In this document: positions 29,501-44,500 of the stretch, piece after piece
How the letters are laid out: each line of letters begins with the position of its first letter
Numbering within the stretch: the first letter of the stretch is position 1
DNA from: Eledone cirrhosa
Lineage: Eukaryota
NCBI GenBank assembly: GCA_964016885.1
Contig: OZ024748.1
Span: 31,372,001 to 31,436,000 of the forward strand
DNA: 64,000 bases
Direction: 5' to 3'
Translations under genes and position numbers: made by a program
Notes under the pieces: model-generated
Told to the model about the DNA's origin: nothing
Databases searched by the model: none
The model's input: only the letters and a program-made list of their open reading frames with translations

Positions 29501-32500
29501 TCACGGCGGATTAGATCGGGGTTGAGCCGGTTGTTAAGTTAAGTTCCAAGGATGGAGGCCGTGTGAGCGTGTGTTTTGTATAATGAAAAATTGAACAGGG
29601 ACAGAACAGAGAGGCAGTACGACAAATGTTTATTAAATTCACGCTCAGGAGAGTGGGGGGCAGGTGGAGGATGACGTTTCGGGCATAAGCCCTTCTTCAG
29701 GTGAGAGTTCAAAAGGTGTGTAGGGGAGTGGTGGAGAGACATATAGCGAAAGGAAACGGTGCGAATGAAAAATTAACAAATAAAGACAAACAATTGTAGG
29801 AACACAGGCAAAGAATCATATACGGAAAAAAAGGGGTACGGTAACAAAATCAGACAGAGGTAATGCGTGGAAGGAAAGACAAAGTGTGGGAAGGTGTGTA
29901 AAGTTCGGAGAAAGGTCACGGCGGATTAGATCGGGGTTGAGCCGGTTGTTAAGTTAAGTTCCAAGGATGGAGGCCGTGTGAGCGTGTGTTTTGTATAATG
30001 AAAAATTGAACAGGGACAGAACAAAGAGGCAGTACGACAAATGTTTATTAAATTCACGCTCAGGAGAGTGGGGGGTAGGTGGAGGACGACGTTTCGGGCA
30101 TAAGCCCTTCTTCAGGTGAGAGTTCAAAAGGTGTGTAGGGGAGTGGTGGAGAGACATATAGCGAAAGGAAACGGTGCGAATGAAAAATTAACAAATAAAG
30201 ACAAACAATTGTAGGAACACAGTCAAAGAATCATATACGGAAAAAAAAGGGGTACGGTAACAAAATCAAACAGAGGTAATGCGTGGAAGGAAAGACAAAG
30301 TGTGGGAAGGTGTGTAAAGTTCGGAGAAAGGTCACGGCGGATTAGATCGGGGTTGAGCCGGTTGTTAAGTTAAGTTCCAAGGATGGAGGCCGTGTGAGCG
30401 TGTGTTTTGTATAATGAAAAATTGAACAGGGACAGAACAGAGAGGCAGTACGACAAATGTTTATTAAATTCACGCTCAGGAGAGTGGGGGGTAGGTGGAG
30501 GACGACGTTTCGGGCATAAGCCCTTCTTCAGGTGAGAGTTCAAAAGGTGTGTAGGGGAGTGGTGGAGAGACATATAGCGAAAGGAAACGGTGCGAATGAT
30601 AAATTAACAAATAAAGACAAACAATTGTAGGAACACAGGCAAAGAATCATATACGGAAAAAAAAGGGGTACGGTAACAAAATCAAACAGAGGTAATGAGT
30701 GGAAGGAAAGACAAAGTGTGGGAAGGTGTGTAAAGTTCGGAGAAAGGTCACGGCGGATTAGATCGGGGTTGAGCCGGTTGTTAAGTTAAGTTCCAAGGAT
30801 GGAGGCCGTGTGAGCGTGTGTTTTGTATAATGAAAAATTGAACAGGGACAGAACAGAGAGGCAGTACGACAAATGTTTATTAAATTCACGCTCAGGAGAG
30901 TGGGGGGTAGGTGGAGGACGACGTTTCGGGCATAAGCCCTTCTTCAGGTGAGAGTTCAAAAGGTGTGTGGGGGAGTGGTGGAGAGACATATAGCGAAAGG
31001 AAACGGTGCGAATGAAAAATTAACAAATAAAGACAAACAATTGTAGGAACACAGGCAAAGAATCATATACGGAAAAAAAAGGGGTACGGTAACAAAATCA
31101 AACAGAGGTAATGGGTGGAAGGAAAGACAAAGTGTGGGAAGGTGTGTAAAGTTCGGAGAAAGGTCACGGCGGATTAGATCGGGGTTGAGCCGGTTGTTAA
31201 GTTAAGTTCCAAGGATGGAGGCCGTGTGAGCGTGTGTTTTGTATAATGAAAAATTGAACAGGGACAGAACAGAGAGGCAGTACGACAAATGTTTATTAAA
31301 TTCACGCTCAGGAGAGTGGGGGGTAGGTGGAGGACGACGTTTCGGGCATAAGCCCTTCTTCAGGTGAGAGTTCAAAAGGTGTGTGGGGGAGTGGTGGAGA
31401 GACATATAGCGAAAGGAAACGGTGCGAATGAAAAATTAACAAATAAAGACAAACAATTGTAGGAACACAGGCAAAGAATCATATACGGAAAAAAAAGGGG
31501 TACGGTAACAAAATCAAACAGAGGTAATGCGTGGAAGGAAAGACAAAGTGTGGGAAGGTGTGTAAAGTTCGGAGAAAGGTCACGGCGGATTAGATCGGGG
31601 TTGAGCCGGTTGTTAAGTTAAGTTCCAAGGATGGAGGCCGTGTGAGCGTGTGTTTTGTATAATGAAAAATTGAACAGGGACAGAACAGAGAGGCAGTACG
31701 ACAAATGTTTATTAAATTCACGCTCAGGAGAGTGGGGGGTAGGTGGAGGACGACGTTTCGGGCATAAGCCCTTCTTCAGGTGAGAGTTCAAAAGGTGTGT
31801 GGGGGAGTGGTGGAGAGACATATAGCGAAAGGAAACGGTGCGAATGAAAAATTAACAAATAAAGACAAACAATTGTAGGAACACAGGCAAAGAATCATAT
31901 ACGGAAAAAAAAGGGGTACGGTAACAAAATCAAACAGAGGTAATGCGTGGAAGGAAAGACAAAGTGTGGGAAGGTGTGTAAAGTTCGGAGAAAGGTCACG
32001 GCGGATTAGATCGGGGTTGAGCCGGTTGTTAAGTTAAGTTCCAAGGATGGAGGCCGTGTGAGCGTGTGTTTTGTATAATGAAAAATTGAACAGGGACAGA
32101 ACAGAGAGGCAGTACGACAAATGTTTATTAAATTCACGCTCAGGAGAGTGGGGGGTAGGTGGAGGACGACGTTTCGGGCATAAGCCCTTCTTCAGGTGAG
32201 AGTTCAAAAGGTGTGTGGGGGAGTGGTGGAGAGACATATAGCGAAAGGAAACGGTGCGAATGAAAAATTAACAAATAAAGACAAACAATTGTAGGAACAC
32301 AGGCAAAGAATCATATACGGAAAAAAAAGCGGTACGGTAACAAAATCAAACAGAGGTAATGCGTGGAAGGAAAGACAAAGTGTGGGAAGGTGTGTAAAGT
32401 TCGGAGAAAGATCACGGCGGATTAGATCGGGGTTGAGCCGGTTGTTAAGTTAAGTTCCAAGGATGGAGGCCGTGTGAGCGTGTGTTTTGTATAATGAAAA

Positions 32501-35500
32501 ATTGAACAGGGACAGAACAGAGAGGCAGTACGACAAATGTTTATTAAATTGACGCTCAGGAGAGTGGGGGGTAGGTGGAGGACGACGTTTCGGGCATAAG
32601 CCCTTCTTCAGGTGAGAGTTCAAAAGGTGTGTAGGGGAGTGGTGGAGAGACATATAGCGAAAGGAAACGGTGCGAATGAAAAATTAACAAATAAAGACAA
32701 ACATTTGTAGGAACACAGGCAAAGAATCATATACGGAAAAAAAAGGGGTACGGTAACAAAATCAAACAGAGGTAATGAGTGGAAGGAAAGACAAAGTGTG
32801 GGAAGGTGTGTAAAGTTCGGAGAAAGGTCACGGCGGATTAGATCGGGGTTGAGCCGGTTGTTAAGTTAAGTTCCAAGGATGGAGGCCGTGTGAGCGTGTG
32901 TTTTGTATAATGAAAAATTGAACAGGGACAGAACAGAGAGGCAGTACGACAAATGTTTATTAAATTCACGCTCAGGAGACTGGGGGGTAGGTGGAGGACG
33001 ACGTTTCGGGCATAAGCCCTTCTTCAGGTGAGAGTTCAAAAGGTGTGTGGGGGAGTGGTGGAGAGACATATAGCGAAAGGAAACGGTGCGAATGAAAAAT
33101 TAACAAATAAAGACAAACAATTGTAGGAACACAGGCAAAGAATCATATACGGAAAAAAAAGGGGTACGGTAACAAAATCAAACAGAGGTAATGCGTGGAA
33201 GGAAAGACAAAGTGTGGGAAGGTGTGTAAAGTTCGGAGAAAGGTCACGGCGGATTAGATCGGGGTTGAGCCGGTTGTTAAGTTAAGTTCCAAGGATGGAG
33301 GCCGTGTGAGCGTGTGTTTTGTATAATGAAAAATTGAACAGGGACAGAACAGAGAGGCAGTACGACAAATGTTTATTAAATTCACGCTCAGGAGAGTGGG
33401 GGGTAGGTGGAGGACGACGTTTCGGGCATAAGCCCTTCTTCAGGTGAGAGTTCAAGAGGTGTGTAGGGGAGTGGTGGAGAGACATATAGCGAAAGGAAAC
33501 GGTGCGAATGAAAAATTAACAAATAAAGACAAACAATTGTAGGAACACAGGCAAAGAATCATATACGGAAAAAAAAGGGGTACGGTAACAAAATCAAACA
33601 GAGGTAATGCGTGGAAGGAAAGACAAAGTGTGGGAAGGTGTGTAAAGTTCGGAGAAAGGTCACGGCGGATTAGATCGGGGTTGAGCCGGTTGTTAAGTTA
33701 AGTTCCAAGGATGGAGGCCGTGTGAGCATGTGTTTTGTATAATGAAAAATTGAACAGGGACAGAACAGAGAGGCAGTACGACAAATGTTTATTAAATTCA
33801 CGCTCAGGAGAGTGGGGGGTAGGTGGAGGATGACGTTTCGGGCATAAGCCCTTCTTCAGGTGAGAGTTCAAAAGGTGTGTAGGGGAGTGGTGGAGAGACA
33901 TATAGCGAAAGGAAACGGTGCGAATGAAAAATTAACAAATAAAGACAAACAATTGTAGGAACACAGGCAAAGAATCATATACGGAAAAAAAGGGGTACAG
34001 TAACAAAATCAAACAGAGGTAATGCGTGGAAGGAAAGACAAAGTGTGGGAAGGTGTGTAAAGTTCGGAGAAAGGTCACGGCGGATTAGATCGGGGTTGAG
34101 CCGGTTGTTAAGTTAAGTTCCAAGGATGGAGGCCGTGTGAGCGTGTGTTTTGTATAATGAAAAATTGAACAGGGACAGAACAGAGAGGCAGTACGACAAA
34201 TGTTTATTAAATTCACGCTCAGGAGAGTGGGGGGTAGGTGGAGGATGACGTTTCGGGCATAAGCCCTTCTTCAGGTGAGAGTTCAAAAGGTGTGTAGGGG
34301 AGTGGTGGAGAGACATATAGCGAAAGGAAACGGTGCGAATGAAAAATTAACAAATAAAGACAAACAATTGTAGGAACACAGGCAAAGAATCATATACGGA
34401 AAAAAAGGGGTACGGTAACAAAATCAAACAGAGGTAATGCGTGGAAGGAAAGACAAAGTGTGGGAAGGTGTGTAAAGTTCGGAGAAAGGTCACGGCGGAT
34501 TAGATCGGGGTTGAGCCGGTTGTTAAGTTAAGTTCCAAGGATGGAGGCCGTGTGAGCGTGTGTTTTGTATAATGAAAAATTGAACAGGGACAGAACAGAG
34601 AGGCAGTACGACAAATGTTTATTAAATTCACGCTCAGGAGAGTGGGGGGTAGGTGGAGGACGACGTTTCGGGCATAAGCCCTTCTTCAGGTGAGAGTTCA
34701 AAAGGTGTGTAGGGGAGTGGTGGAGAGACATATAGCGAAAGGAAACGGTGCGAATGAAAAATTAACAAATAAAGACAAACAATTGTAGGAACACAGGCAA
34801 AGAATCATATACGGAAAAAAAGGGGTACGGTAACAAAATCAAACAGAGATATTGCGTGGAAGGAAAGACAAAGTGTGGGAAGGTGTGTAAAGTTCGGAGA
34901 AAGGTCACGGCGGATTAGATCGGGGTTGAGCCGGTTGTTAAGTTAAGTTCCAAGGATGGAGGCCGTGTGAGCGTGTGTTTTGTATAATGAAAAATTGAAC
35001 AGGGACAGAACAGAGAGGCAGTACGACAAATGTTTATTAAATTCACGCTCAGGAGAGTGGGGGGTAGGTGGAGGACGACGTTTCGGGCATAAGCCCTTCT
35101 TCAGGTGAGAGTTCAAAAGGTGTGTGGGGGAGTGGTGGAGAGACATATAGCGAAAGGAAACGGTGCGAATGAAAAATTAACAAATAAAGACAAACAATTG
35201 TAGGAACAAAGGCAAAGAATCATATACGGAAAAAAAAGCGGTACGGTAACAAAATCAAACAGAGGTAATGCGTGGAAGGAAAGACAAAGTGTGGGAAGGT
35301 GTGTAAAGTTCGGAGAAAGGTCACGGCGGATTAGATCGGGGTTGAGCCGGTTGTTAAGTTAAGTTCCAAGGATGGAGGCCGTGTGAGCGTGTGTTTTGTA
35401 TAATGAAAAATTGAACAGGGACAGAACAGAGAGGCAGTACGACAAATGTTTATTAAATTGACGCTCAGGAGAGTGGGGGGTAGGTGGAGGACGACGTTTC

Positions 35501-38500
35501 GGGCATAAGCCCTTCTTCAGGTGAGAGTTCAAAAGGTGTGTAGGGGAGTGGTGGAGAGACATATAGCGAAAGGAAACGGTGCGAATGAAAAATTAACAAA
35601 TAAAGACAAACAATTGTAGGAACACAGGCAAAGAATCATATACGGAAAAAAAAGGGGTACGGTAACAAAATCAAACAGAGGTAATGAGTGGAAGGAAAGA
35701 CAAAGTGTGGGAAGGTGTGTAAAGTTCGGAGAAAGGTCACGGCGGATTAGATCGGGGTTGAGCCGGTTGTTAAGTTAAGTTCCAAGGATGGAGGCCGTGT
35801 GAGCGTGTGTTTTGTATAATGAAAAATTGAACAGGGACAGAACAGAGAGGCAGTACGACAAATGTTTATTAAATTCACGCTCAGGAGAGTGGGGGGTAGG
35901 TGGAGGACGACGTTTCGGGCATAAGCCCTTCTTCAGGTGAGAGTTCAAAAGGTGTGTGGGGGAGTGGTGGAGAGACATATAGCGAAAGGAAACGGTGCGA
36001 ATGAAAAATTAACAAATAAAGACAAACAATTGTAGGAACACAGGCAAAGAATCATATACGGAAAAAAAAGGGGTACGGTAACAAAATCAAACAGAGGTAA
36101 TGCGTGGAAGGAAAGACAAAGTGTGGGAAGGTGTGTAAAGTTCGGAGAAAGGTCACGGCGGATTAGATCGGGGTTGAGCCGGTTGTTAAGTTAAGTTCCA
36201 AGGATGGAGGCCGTGTGAGCGTGTGTTTTGTATAATGAAAAATTGAACAGGGACAGAACAGAGAGGCAGTACGACAAATGTTTATTAAATTCACGCTCAG
36301 GAGAGTGGGGGGTAGGTGGAGGACGACGTTTCGGGCATAAGCCCTTCTTCAGGTGAGAGTTCAAAAGGTGTGTAGGGGAGTGGTGGAGAGACATATAGCG
36401 AAAGGAAACGGTGCGAATGAAAAATTAACAAATAAAGACAAACAATTGTAGGAACACAGGCAAAGAATCATATACGGAAAAAAAAGCGGTACGGTAACAA
36501 AATCAAACAGAGGTAATGCGTGGAAGGAAAGACAAAGTGTGGGAAGGTGTGTAAAGTTCGGAGAAAGGTCACGGCGGATTAGATCGGGGTTGAGCCGGTT
36601 GTTAAGTTAAGTTCCAAGGATGGAGGCCGTGTGAGCGTGTGTTTTGTATAATGAAAAATTGAACAGGGACAGAACAGAGAGGCAGTACGACAAATGTTTA
36701 TTAAATTCACGCTCAGGAGAGTGGGGGGTAGGTGGAGGACGACGTTTCGGGCATAAGCCCTTCTTCAGGTGAGAGTTCAAGAGGTGTGTAGGGGAGTGGT
36801 GGAGAGACATATAGCGAAAGGAAACGGTGCGAATGAAAAATTAACAAATAAAGACAAACAATTGTAGGAACACAGGCAAAGAATCATATACGGAAAAAAA
36901 AGGGGTACGGTAACAAAATCAAACAGAGGTAATGCGTGGAAGGAAAGACAAAGTGTGGGAAGGTGTGTAAAGTTCGGAGAAAGGTCACGGCGGATTAGAT
37001 CGGGGTTGAGCCGGTTGTTAAGTTAAGTTCCAAGGATGGAGGCCGTGTGAGCATGTGTTTTGTATAATGAAAAATTGAACAGGGACAGAACAGAGAGGCA
37101 GTACGACAAATGTTTATTAAATTCACGCTCAGGAGAGTGGGGGGTAGGTGGAGAATGACGTTTCGGGCATAAGCCCTTCTTCAGGTGAGAGTTCAAAAGG
37201 TGTGTAGGGGAGTGGTGGAGAGACATATAGCGAAAGGAAACGGTGCGAATGAAAAATTAACAAATAAAGACAAACAATTGTAGGAACACAGGCAAAGAAT
37301 CATATACGGAAAAAAAGGGGTACAGTAACAAAATCAAACAGAGGTAATGCGTGGAAGGAAAGACAAAGTGTGGGAAGGTGTGTAAAGTTCGGAGAAAGGT
37401 CACGGCGGATTAGATCGGGGTTGAGCCGGTTGTTAAGTTAAGTTCCAAGGATGGAGGCCGTGTGAGCGTGTGTTTTGTATAATGAAAAATTGAACAGGGA
37501 CAGAACAGAGAGGCAGTACGACAAATGTTTATTAAATTCACGCTCAGGAGAGTGGGGGGTAGGTGGAGTACGACGTTTCGGGCATAAGCCCTTCTTCAGG
37601 TGAGAGTTCAAAAGGTGTGTGGGGGAGTGGTGGAGAGACATATAGCGAAAGGAAACGGTGCGAATGAAAAATTAACAAATAAAGACAAACAATTGTAGGA
37701 ACACAGGCAAAGAATCATATACGGAAAAAAAAGCGGTACGGTAACAAAATCAAACAGAGGTAATGCGTGGAAGGAAAGACAAAGTGTGGGAAGGTGTGTA
37801 AAGTTCGGAGAAAGGTCACGGCGGATTAGATCGGGGTTGAGCCGGTTGTTAAGTTAAGTTCCAAGGATGGAGGCCGTGTGAGCGTGTGTTTTGTATAATG
37901 AAAAATTGAACAGGGACAGAACAGAGAGGCAGTACGACAAATGTTTATTAAATTGACGCTCAGGAGAGTGGGGGGTAGGTGGAGGACGACGTTTCGGGCA
38001 TAAGCCCTTCTTCAGGTGAGAGTTCAAAAGGTGTGTAGGGGAGTGGTGGAGAGACATATAGCGAAAGGAAACGGTGCGAATGAAAAATTAACAAATAAAG
38101 ACAAACAATTGTAGGAACACAGGCAAAGAATCATATACGGAAAAAAAAGGGGTACGGTAACAAAATCAAACAGAGGTAATGAGTGGAAGGAAAGACAAAG
38201 TGTGGGAAGGTGTGTAAAGTTCGGAGAAAGGTCACGGCGGATTAGATCGGGGTTGAGCCGGTTGTTAAGTTAAGTTCCAAGGATGGAGGCCGTGTGAGCG
38301 TGTGTTTTGTATAATGAAAAATTGAACAGGGACAGAACAGAGAGGCAGTACGACAAATGTTTATTAAATTCACGCTCAGGAGAGTGGGGGGTAGGTGGAG
38401 GACGACGTTTCGGGCATAAGCCCTTCTTCAGGTGAGAGTTCAAGAGGTGTGTAGGGGAGTGGTGGAGAGACATATAGCGAAAGGAAACGGTGCGAATGAA

Positions 38501-41500
38501 AAATTAACAAATAAAGACAAACAATTGTAGGAACACAGGCAAAGAATCATATACGGAAAAAAAAGGGGTACGGTAACAAAATCAAACAGAGGTAATGCGC
38601 GGAAGGAAAGACAAAGTGTGGGAAGGTGTGTAAAGTTCGGAGAAAGGTCACGGCGGATTAGATCGGGGTTGAGCCGGTTGTTAAGTTAAGTTCCAAGGAT
38701 GGAGGCCGTGTGAGCATGTGTTTTGTATAATGAAAAATTGAACAGGGACAGAACAGAGAGGCAGTACGACAAATGTTTATTAAATTCACGCTCAGGAGAG
38801 TGGGGGGTAGGTGGAGGATGACGTTTCGGGCATAAGCCCTTCTTCAGGTGAGAGTTCAAAAGGTGTGTAGGGGAGTGGTGGAGAGACATATAGCGAAAGG
38901 AAACGGTGCGAATGAAAAATTAACAAATAAAGACAAACAATTGTAGGAACACAGGCAAAGAATCATATACGGAAAAAAAGGGGTACAGTAACAAAATCAA
39001 ACAGAGGTAATGCGTGGAAGGAAAGACAAAGTGTGGGAAGGTGTGTAAAGTTCGGAGAAAGGTCACGGCGGATTAGATCGGGGTTGAGCCGGTTGTTAAG
39101 TTAAGTTCCAAGGATGGAGGCCGTGTGAGCGTGTGTTTTGTATAATGAAAAATTGAACAGGGACAGAACAGAGAGGCAGTACGACAAATGTTTATTAAAT
39201 TCACGCTCAGGAAAGTGGGGGGTAGGTGGAGGATGACGTTTCGGGCATAAGCCCTTCTTCAGGTGAGAGTTCAAAAGGTGTGTAGGGGAGTGGTGGAGAG
39301 ACATATAGCGAAAGGAAACGGTGCGAATGAAAAATTAACAAATAAAGACAAACAATTGTAGGAACACAGGCAAAGAATCATATACGGAAAAAAAGGGGTA
39401 CGGTAACAAAATCAAACAGAGGTAATGCGTGGAAGGAAAGACAAAGTGTGGGAAGGTGTGTAAAGTTCGGAGAAAGGTCACGGCGGATTAGATCGGGGTT
39501 GAGCCGGTTGTTAAGTTAAGTTCCAAGGATGGAGGCCGTGTGAGCGTGTGTTTTGTATAATGAAAAATTGAACAGGGACAGAACAGAGAGGCAGTACGAC
39601 AAATGTTTATTAAATTCACGCTCAGGAGAGTGGGGGGTAGGTGGAGGACGACGTTTCGGGCATAAGCCCTTCTTCAGGTGAGAGTTCAAAAGGTGTGTAG
39701 GGGAGTGGTGGAGAGACATATAGCGAAAGGAAACGGTGCGAATGAAAAATTAACAAATAAAGACAAACAATTGTAGGAACACAGGCAAAGAATCATATAC
39801 GGAAAAAAAGGGGTACGGTAACAAAATCAAACAGAGGTATTGCGTGGAAGGAAAGACAAAGTGTGGGAAGGTGTGTAAAGTTCGGAGAAAGGTCACGGCG
39901 GATTAGATCGGGGTTGAGCCGGTTGTTAAGTTAAGTTCCAAGGATGGAGGCCGTGTGAGCGTGTGTTTTGTATAATGAAAAATTGAACAGGGACAGAACA
40001 GAGAGGCAGTACGACAAATGTTTATTAAATTCACGCTCAGGAGAGTGGGGGGTAGGTGGAGGACGACGTTTCGGGCATAAGCCCTTCTTCAGGCGAGAGT
40101 TCAAAAGCTGTGTAGGGGAGTGGTGGAGAGACATATAGCGAAAGGAAACGGTGCGAATGAAAAATTAACAAATAAAGACAAACAATTGTAGGAACACAGG
40201 CAAAGAATCATATACGGAAAAAAAAGCGGTACGGTAACAAAATCAAACAGAGGTAATGTGTGGAAGGAAAGACAAAGTGTGGGAAGGTGTGTAAAGTTCG
40301 GAGAAAGGTCACGGCGGATTAGATCGGGGTTGAGCCGGTTGTTAAGTTAAGTTCCAAGGATGGAGGCCGTGTGAGCGTGTGTTTTGTATAATGAAAAATT
40401 GAACAGGGACAGAACAGAGAGGCAGTACGACAAATGTTTATTAAATTCACGCTCAGGAGAGTGGGGGGTAGGTGGAGGACGACGTTTCGGGCATAAGCCC
40501 TTCTTCAGTTGAGAGTTCAAAAGGTGTGTAGGGGAGTGGTGGAGAGACATATAGCGAAAGGAAACGGTGCGAATGAAAAATTAACAAATAAAGACAAACA
40601 ATTGTAGGAACACAGGCAAAGAATCATATACGGATAAAAAAGGGGTACGGTAACAAAATCAAACATAGACAAAGTGTGGGAAGGTGTGTAAAGTTCGGAG
40701 AAAGGTCTCGGCGGATTAGATCGGTGTTGAGCCGGTTGTTAAGTTAAGTTCCAAGGATGGAGGCCGTGTGAGCGTGTGTTTTGTATAATGAAAAATTGAA
40801 CAGGGACAGAACAGAGAGGCAGTACGACAAATGTTTATTACATTCACGCTCAGGAGAGTGGGGGGTAGGTGGAGGATGACGTTTCGGGCATAAGCCCTTC
40901 TTCAGGTGAGAGTTCAAAAGGTGTATAGGGGAGTGGTGGAGAGACATATAGCGAAAGGAAACGGTGCGAATGAAAAATTAACAAATAAAGACAAACAATT
41001 GTAGGAACACAGGCAAAGAATCATATACGGAAAAAAAAGGGGTACGGTAACAAAATCAACCAGAGGTAATGCGTGGAAGGAAAGACAAAGTGTGGGAAGG
41101 TGTGTAAAGTTCGGAGAAAGGTCACGGCGGATTAGATCGGGGTTGAGCCGGTTGTTAAGTTAAGTTCCAAGGATGGAGGCCGTGTGAGCGTGTGTTTTGT
41201 ATAATGAAAAATTGAACAGGGACAGAACAGAGAGGCAGTACGACAAATGTTTATTAAATTCACGCTCAGGAGAGTGGGGGGTAGGTGGAGGACGACGTTT
41301 CGGGCATAAGCCCTTCTTCAGGTGAGAGTTCAAAAGGTGTGTAGGGGAGTGGTGGAGAGACATATAGCGAAAGGAAACGGTGCGAATGAAAAATTAACAA
41401 ATAAAGACAAACAATTGTAGGAACACAGGCAAAGAATCATATACGGAAAAAAAGGGGTACGGTAACAAAATCAAACAGAGGTATTGCGTGGAAGGAAAGA

Positions 41501-44500
41501 CAAAGTGTGGGAAGGTGTGTAAAGTTCGGAGAAAGGTCACGGCGGATTAGATCGGGGTTGAGCCGGTTGTTAAGTTAAGTTCCAAGGATGGAGGCCGTGT
41601 GAGCGTGTGTTTTGTATAATGAAAAATTGAACAGGGACAGAACAGAGAGGCAGTACGACAAATGTTTATTAAATTCACGCTCAGGAGAGTGGGGGGTAGG
41701 TGGAGGACGACGTTTCGGGCATAAGCCCTTCTTCAGGCGAGAGTTCAAAAGCTGTGTAGGGGAGTGGTGGAGAGACATATAGCGAAAGGAAACGGTGCGA
41801 ATGAAAAATTAACAAATAAAGACAAACAATTGTAGGAACACAGGCAAAGAATCATATAGGGAAAAAAAAGCGGTACGGTAACAAAATCAAACAGAGGTAA
41901 TGTGTGGAAGGAAAGACAAAGTGTGGGAAGGTGTGTAAAGTTCGGAGAAAGGTCACGGCGGATTAGATCGGGGTTGAGCCGGTTGTTAAGTTAAGTTCCA
42001 AGGATGGAGGCCGTGTGAGCGTGTGTTTTGTATAATGAAAAATTGAACAGGGACAGAACAGAGAGGCAGTACGACAAATGTTTATTAAATTCACGCTCAG
42101 GAGAGTGGGGGGTAGGTGGAGGACGACGTTTCGGGCATAAGCCCTTCTTCAGGTGAGAGTTCAAAAGGTGTGTAGGGGAGTGGTGGAGAGACATATAGCG
42201 AAAGGAAACGGTGCGAATGAAAAATTAACAAATAAAGACAAACAATTGTAGGAACACAGGCAAAGAATCATATACGGAAAAAAAGGGGTACGGTAACAAA
42301 ATCAAACAGAGGTATTGCGTGGAAGGAAAGACAAAGTGTGGGAAGGTGTGTAAAGTTCGGAGAAAGGTCACGGCGGATTAGATCGGGGTTGAGCCGGTTG
42401 TTAAGTTAAGTTCCAAGGATGGAGGCCGTGTGAGCGTGTGTTTTGTATAATGAAAAATTGAACAGGGACAGAACTGAGAGGCAGTACGACAAATGTTTAT
42501 TAAATTCACGCTCAGGAGAGTGGGGGGTAGGTGGAGGACGACGTTTCGGGCATAAGCCCTTCTTCAGGCGAGAGTTCAAAAGCTGTGTAGGGGAGTGGTG
42601 GAGAGACATATAGCGAAAGGAAACGGTGCGAATGAAAAATTAACAAATAAAGACAAACAATTGTAGGAACACAGGCAAAGAATCATATACGGAAAAAAAA
42701 GCGGTACGGTAACAAAATCAAACAGAGGTAATGTGTGGAAGGAAAGACAAAGTGTGGGAAGGTGTGTAAAGTTCGGAGAAAGGTCACGGCGGATTAGATC
42801 GGGGTTGAGCCGGTTGTTAAGTTAAGTTCCAAGGATGGAGGCCGTGTGAGCGTGTGTTTTGTATAATGAAAAATTGAACAGGGACAGAACAGAGAGGCAG
42901 TACGGCAAATGTTTATTAAATTCACGCTCAGGAGAGTGGGGGGTAGGTGGAGGACGACGTTTCGGGCATAAGCCCTTCTTCAGTTGAGAGTTCAAAAGGT
43001 GTGTAGGGGAGTGGTGGAGAGACATATAGCGAAAGGAAACGGTGCGAATGAAAAATTAACAAATAAAGACAAACAATTGTAGGAACACAGGCAAAGAATC
43101 ATATACGGATAAAAAAGGGGTACGGTAACAAAATCAAACATAGACAAAGTGTGGGAAGGTGTGTAAAGTTCGGAGAAAGGTCTCGGCGGATTAGATCGGT
43201 GTTGAGCCGGTTGTTAAGTTAAGTTCCAAGGATGGAGGCCGTGTGAGCGTGTGTTTTGTATAATGAAAAATTGAACAGGGACAGAACAGAGAGGCAGTAC
43301 GACAAATGTTTATTAAATTCACGCTCAGGAGAGTGGGGGGTAGGTGGAGGATGACGTTTCGGGCATAAGCCCTTCTTCAGGTGAGAGTTCAAAAGGTGTA
43401 TAGGGGAGTGGTGGAGAGACATATAGCGAAAGGAAACGGTGCGAATGAAAAATTAACAAATAAAGACAAACAATTGTAGGAACACAGGCAAAGAATCATA
43501 TACGGAAAAAAAAGGGGTACGGTAACAAAATCAACCAGAGGTAATGCGTGGAAGGAAAGACAAAGTGTGGGAAGGTGTGTAAAGTTCGGAGAAAGGTCAC
43601 GGCGGATTAGATCGGTGTTGAGCCGGTTGTTAAGTTAAGTTCCAAGGATGGAGGCCGTGTGAGCGTGTGGTTTGTATAATGAAAAATTGAACAGGGACAG
43701 AACAGAGAGGCAGTACGACAAATGTTTATTAAATTCACGCTCAGGAGAGTGGGGGGTAGGTGGAAGACGACGTTTCGGGCAAAAGCCCTTCTTCAGGTGA
43801 GAGTTCAAAAGGTGTGTAGGGGAGTGGTGGAGAGACATATAGCGAAAGGAAACGGTGCGAATGAAAAATTAACAAATAAAGACAAACAATTGTAGGAACA
43901 CAGGCAAAGAATCATATACGGAAAAAAAAGCGGTACGGTAACAAAATCAAACAGAGGTAATGCGTGGAAGGAAAGACAAAGTGTGGGAAGGTGTGTAAAG
44001 TTCGGAGAAAGGTCACGGCGGATTAGATCGGGGTTGAGCCGGTTGTTAAGTTAAGTTCCAAGGATGGAGGCCGTGTGAGCGTGTGTTTTGTATAATGAAA
44101 AATTGAACAGGGACAGAACAGAGAGGCAGTACGACAAATGTTTATTAAATTCACGCTCAGGAGAGTGGGGGGTAGGTGGAGGACGACGTTTCGGGCATAA
44201 GCCCTTCTTCAGGTGAGAGTTCAAGAGGTGTGTAGGGGAGTGGTGGAGAGACATATAGCGAAAGGAAACGGTGCGAATGAAAAATTAACAAATAAAGACA
44301 AACAATTGTAGGAACACAGGCAAAGAATCATATACGGAAAAAAAAGGGGTACGGTAACAAAATCAAACAGAGGTAATGCGTGGAAGGAAAGACAAAGTGT
44401 GGGAAGGTGTGTAAAGTTCGGAGAAAGGTCACGGCGGATTAGATCGGGGTTGAGCCGGTTGTTAAGTTAAGTTCCAAGGATGGAGGCCGTGTGAGCATGT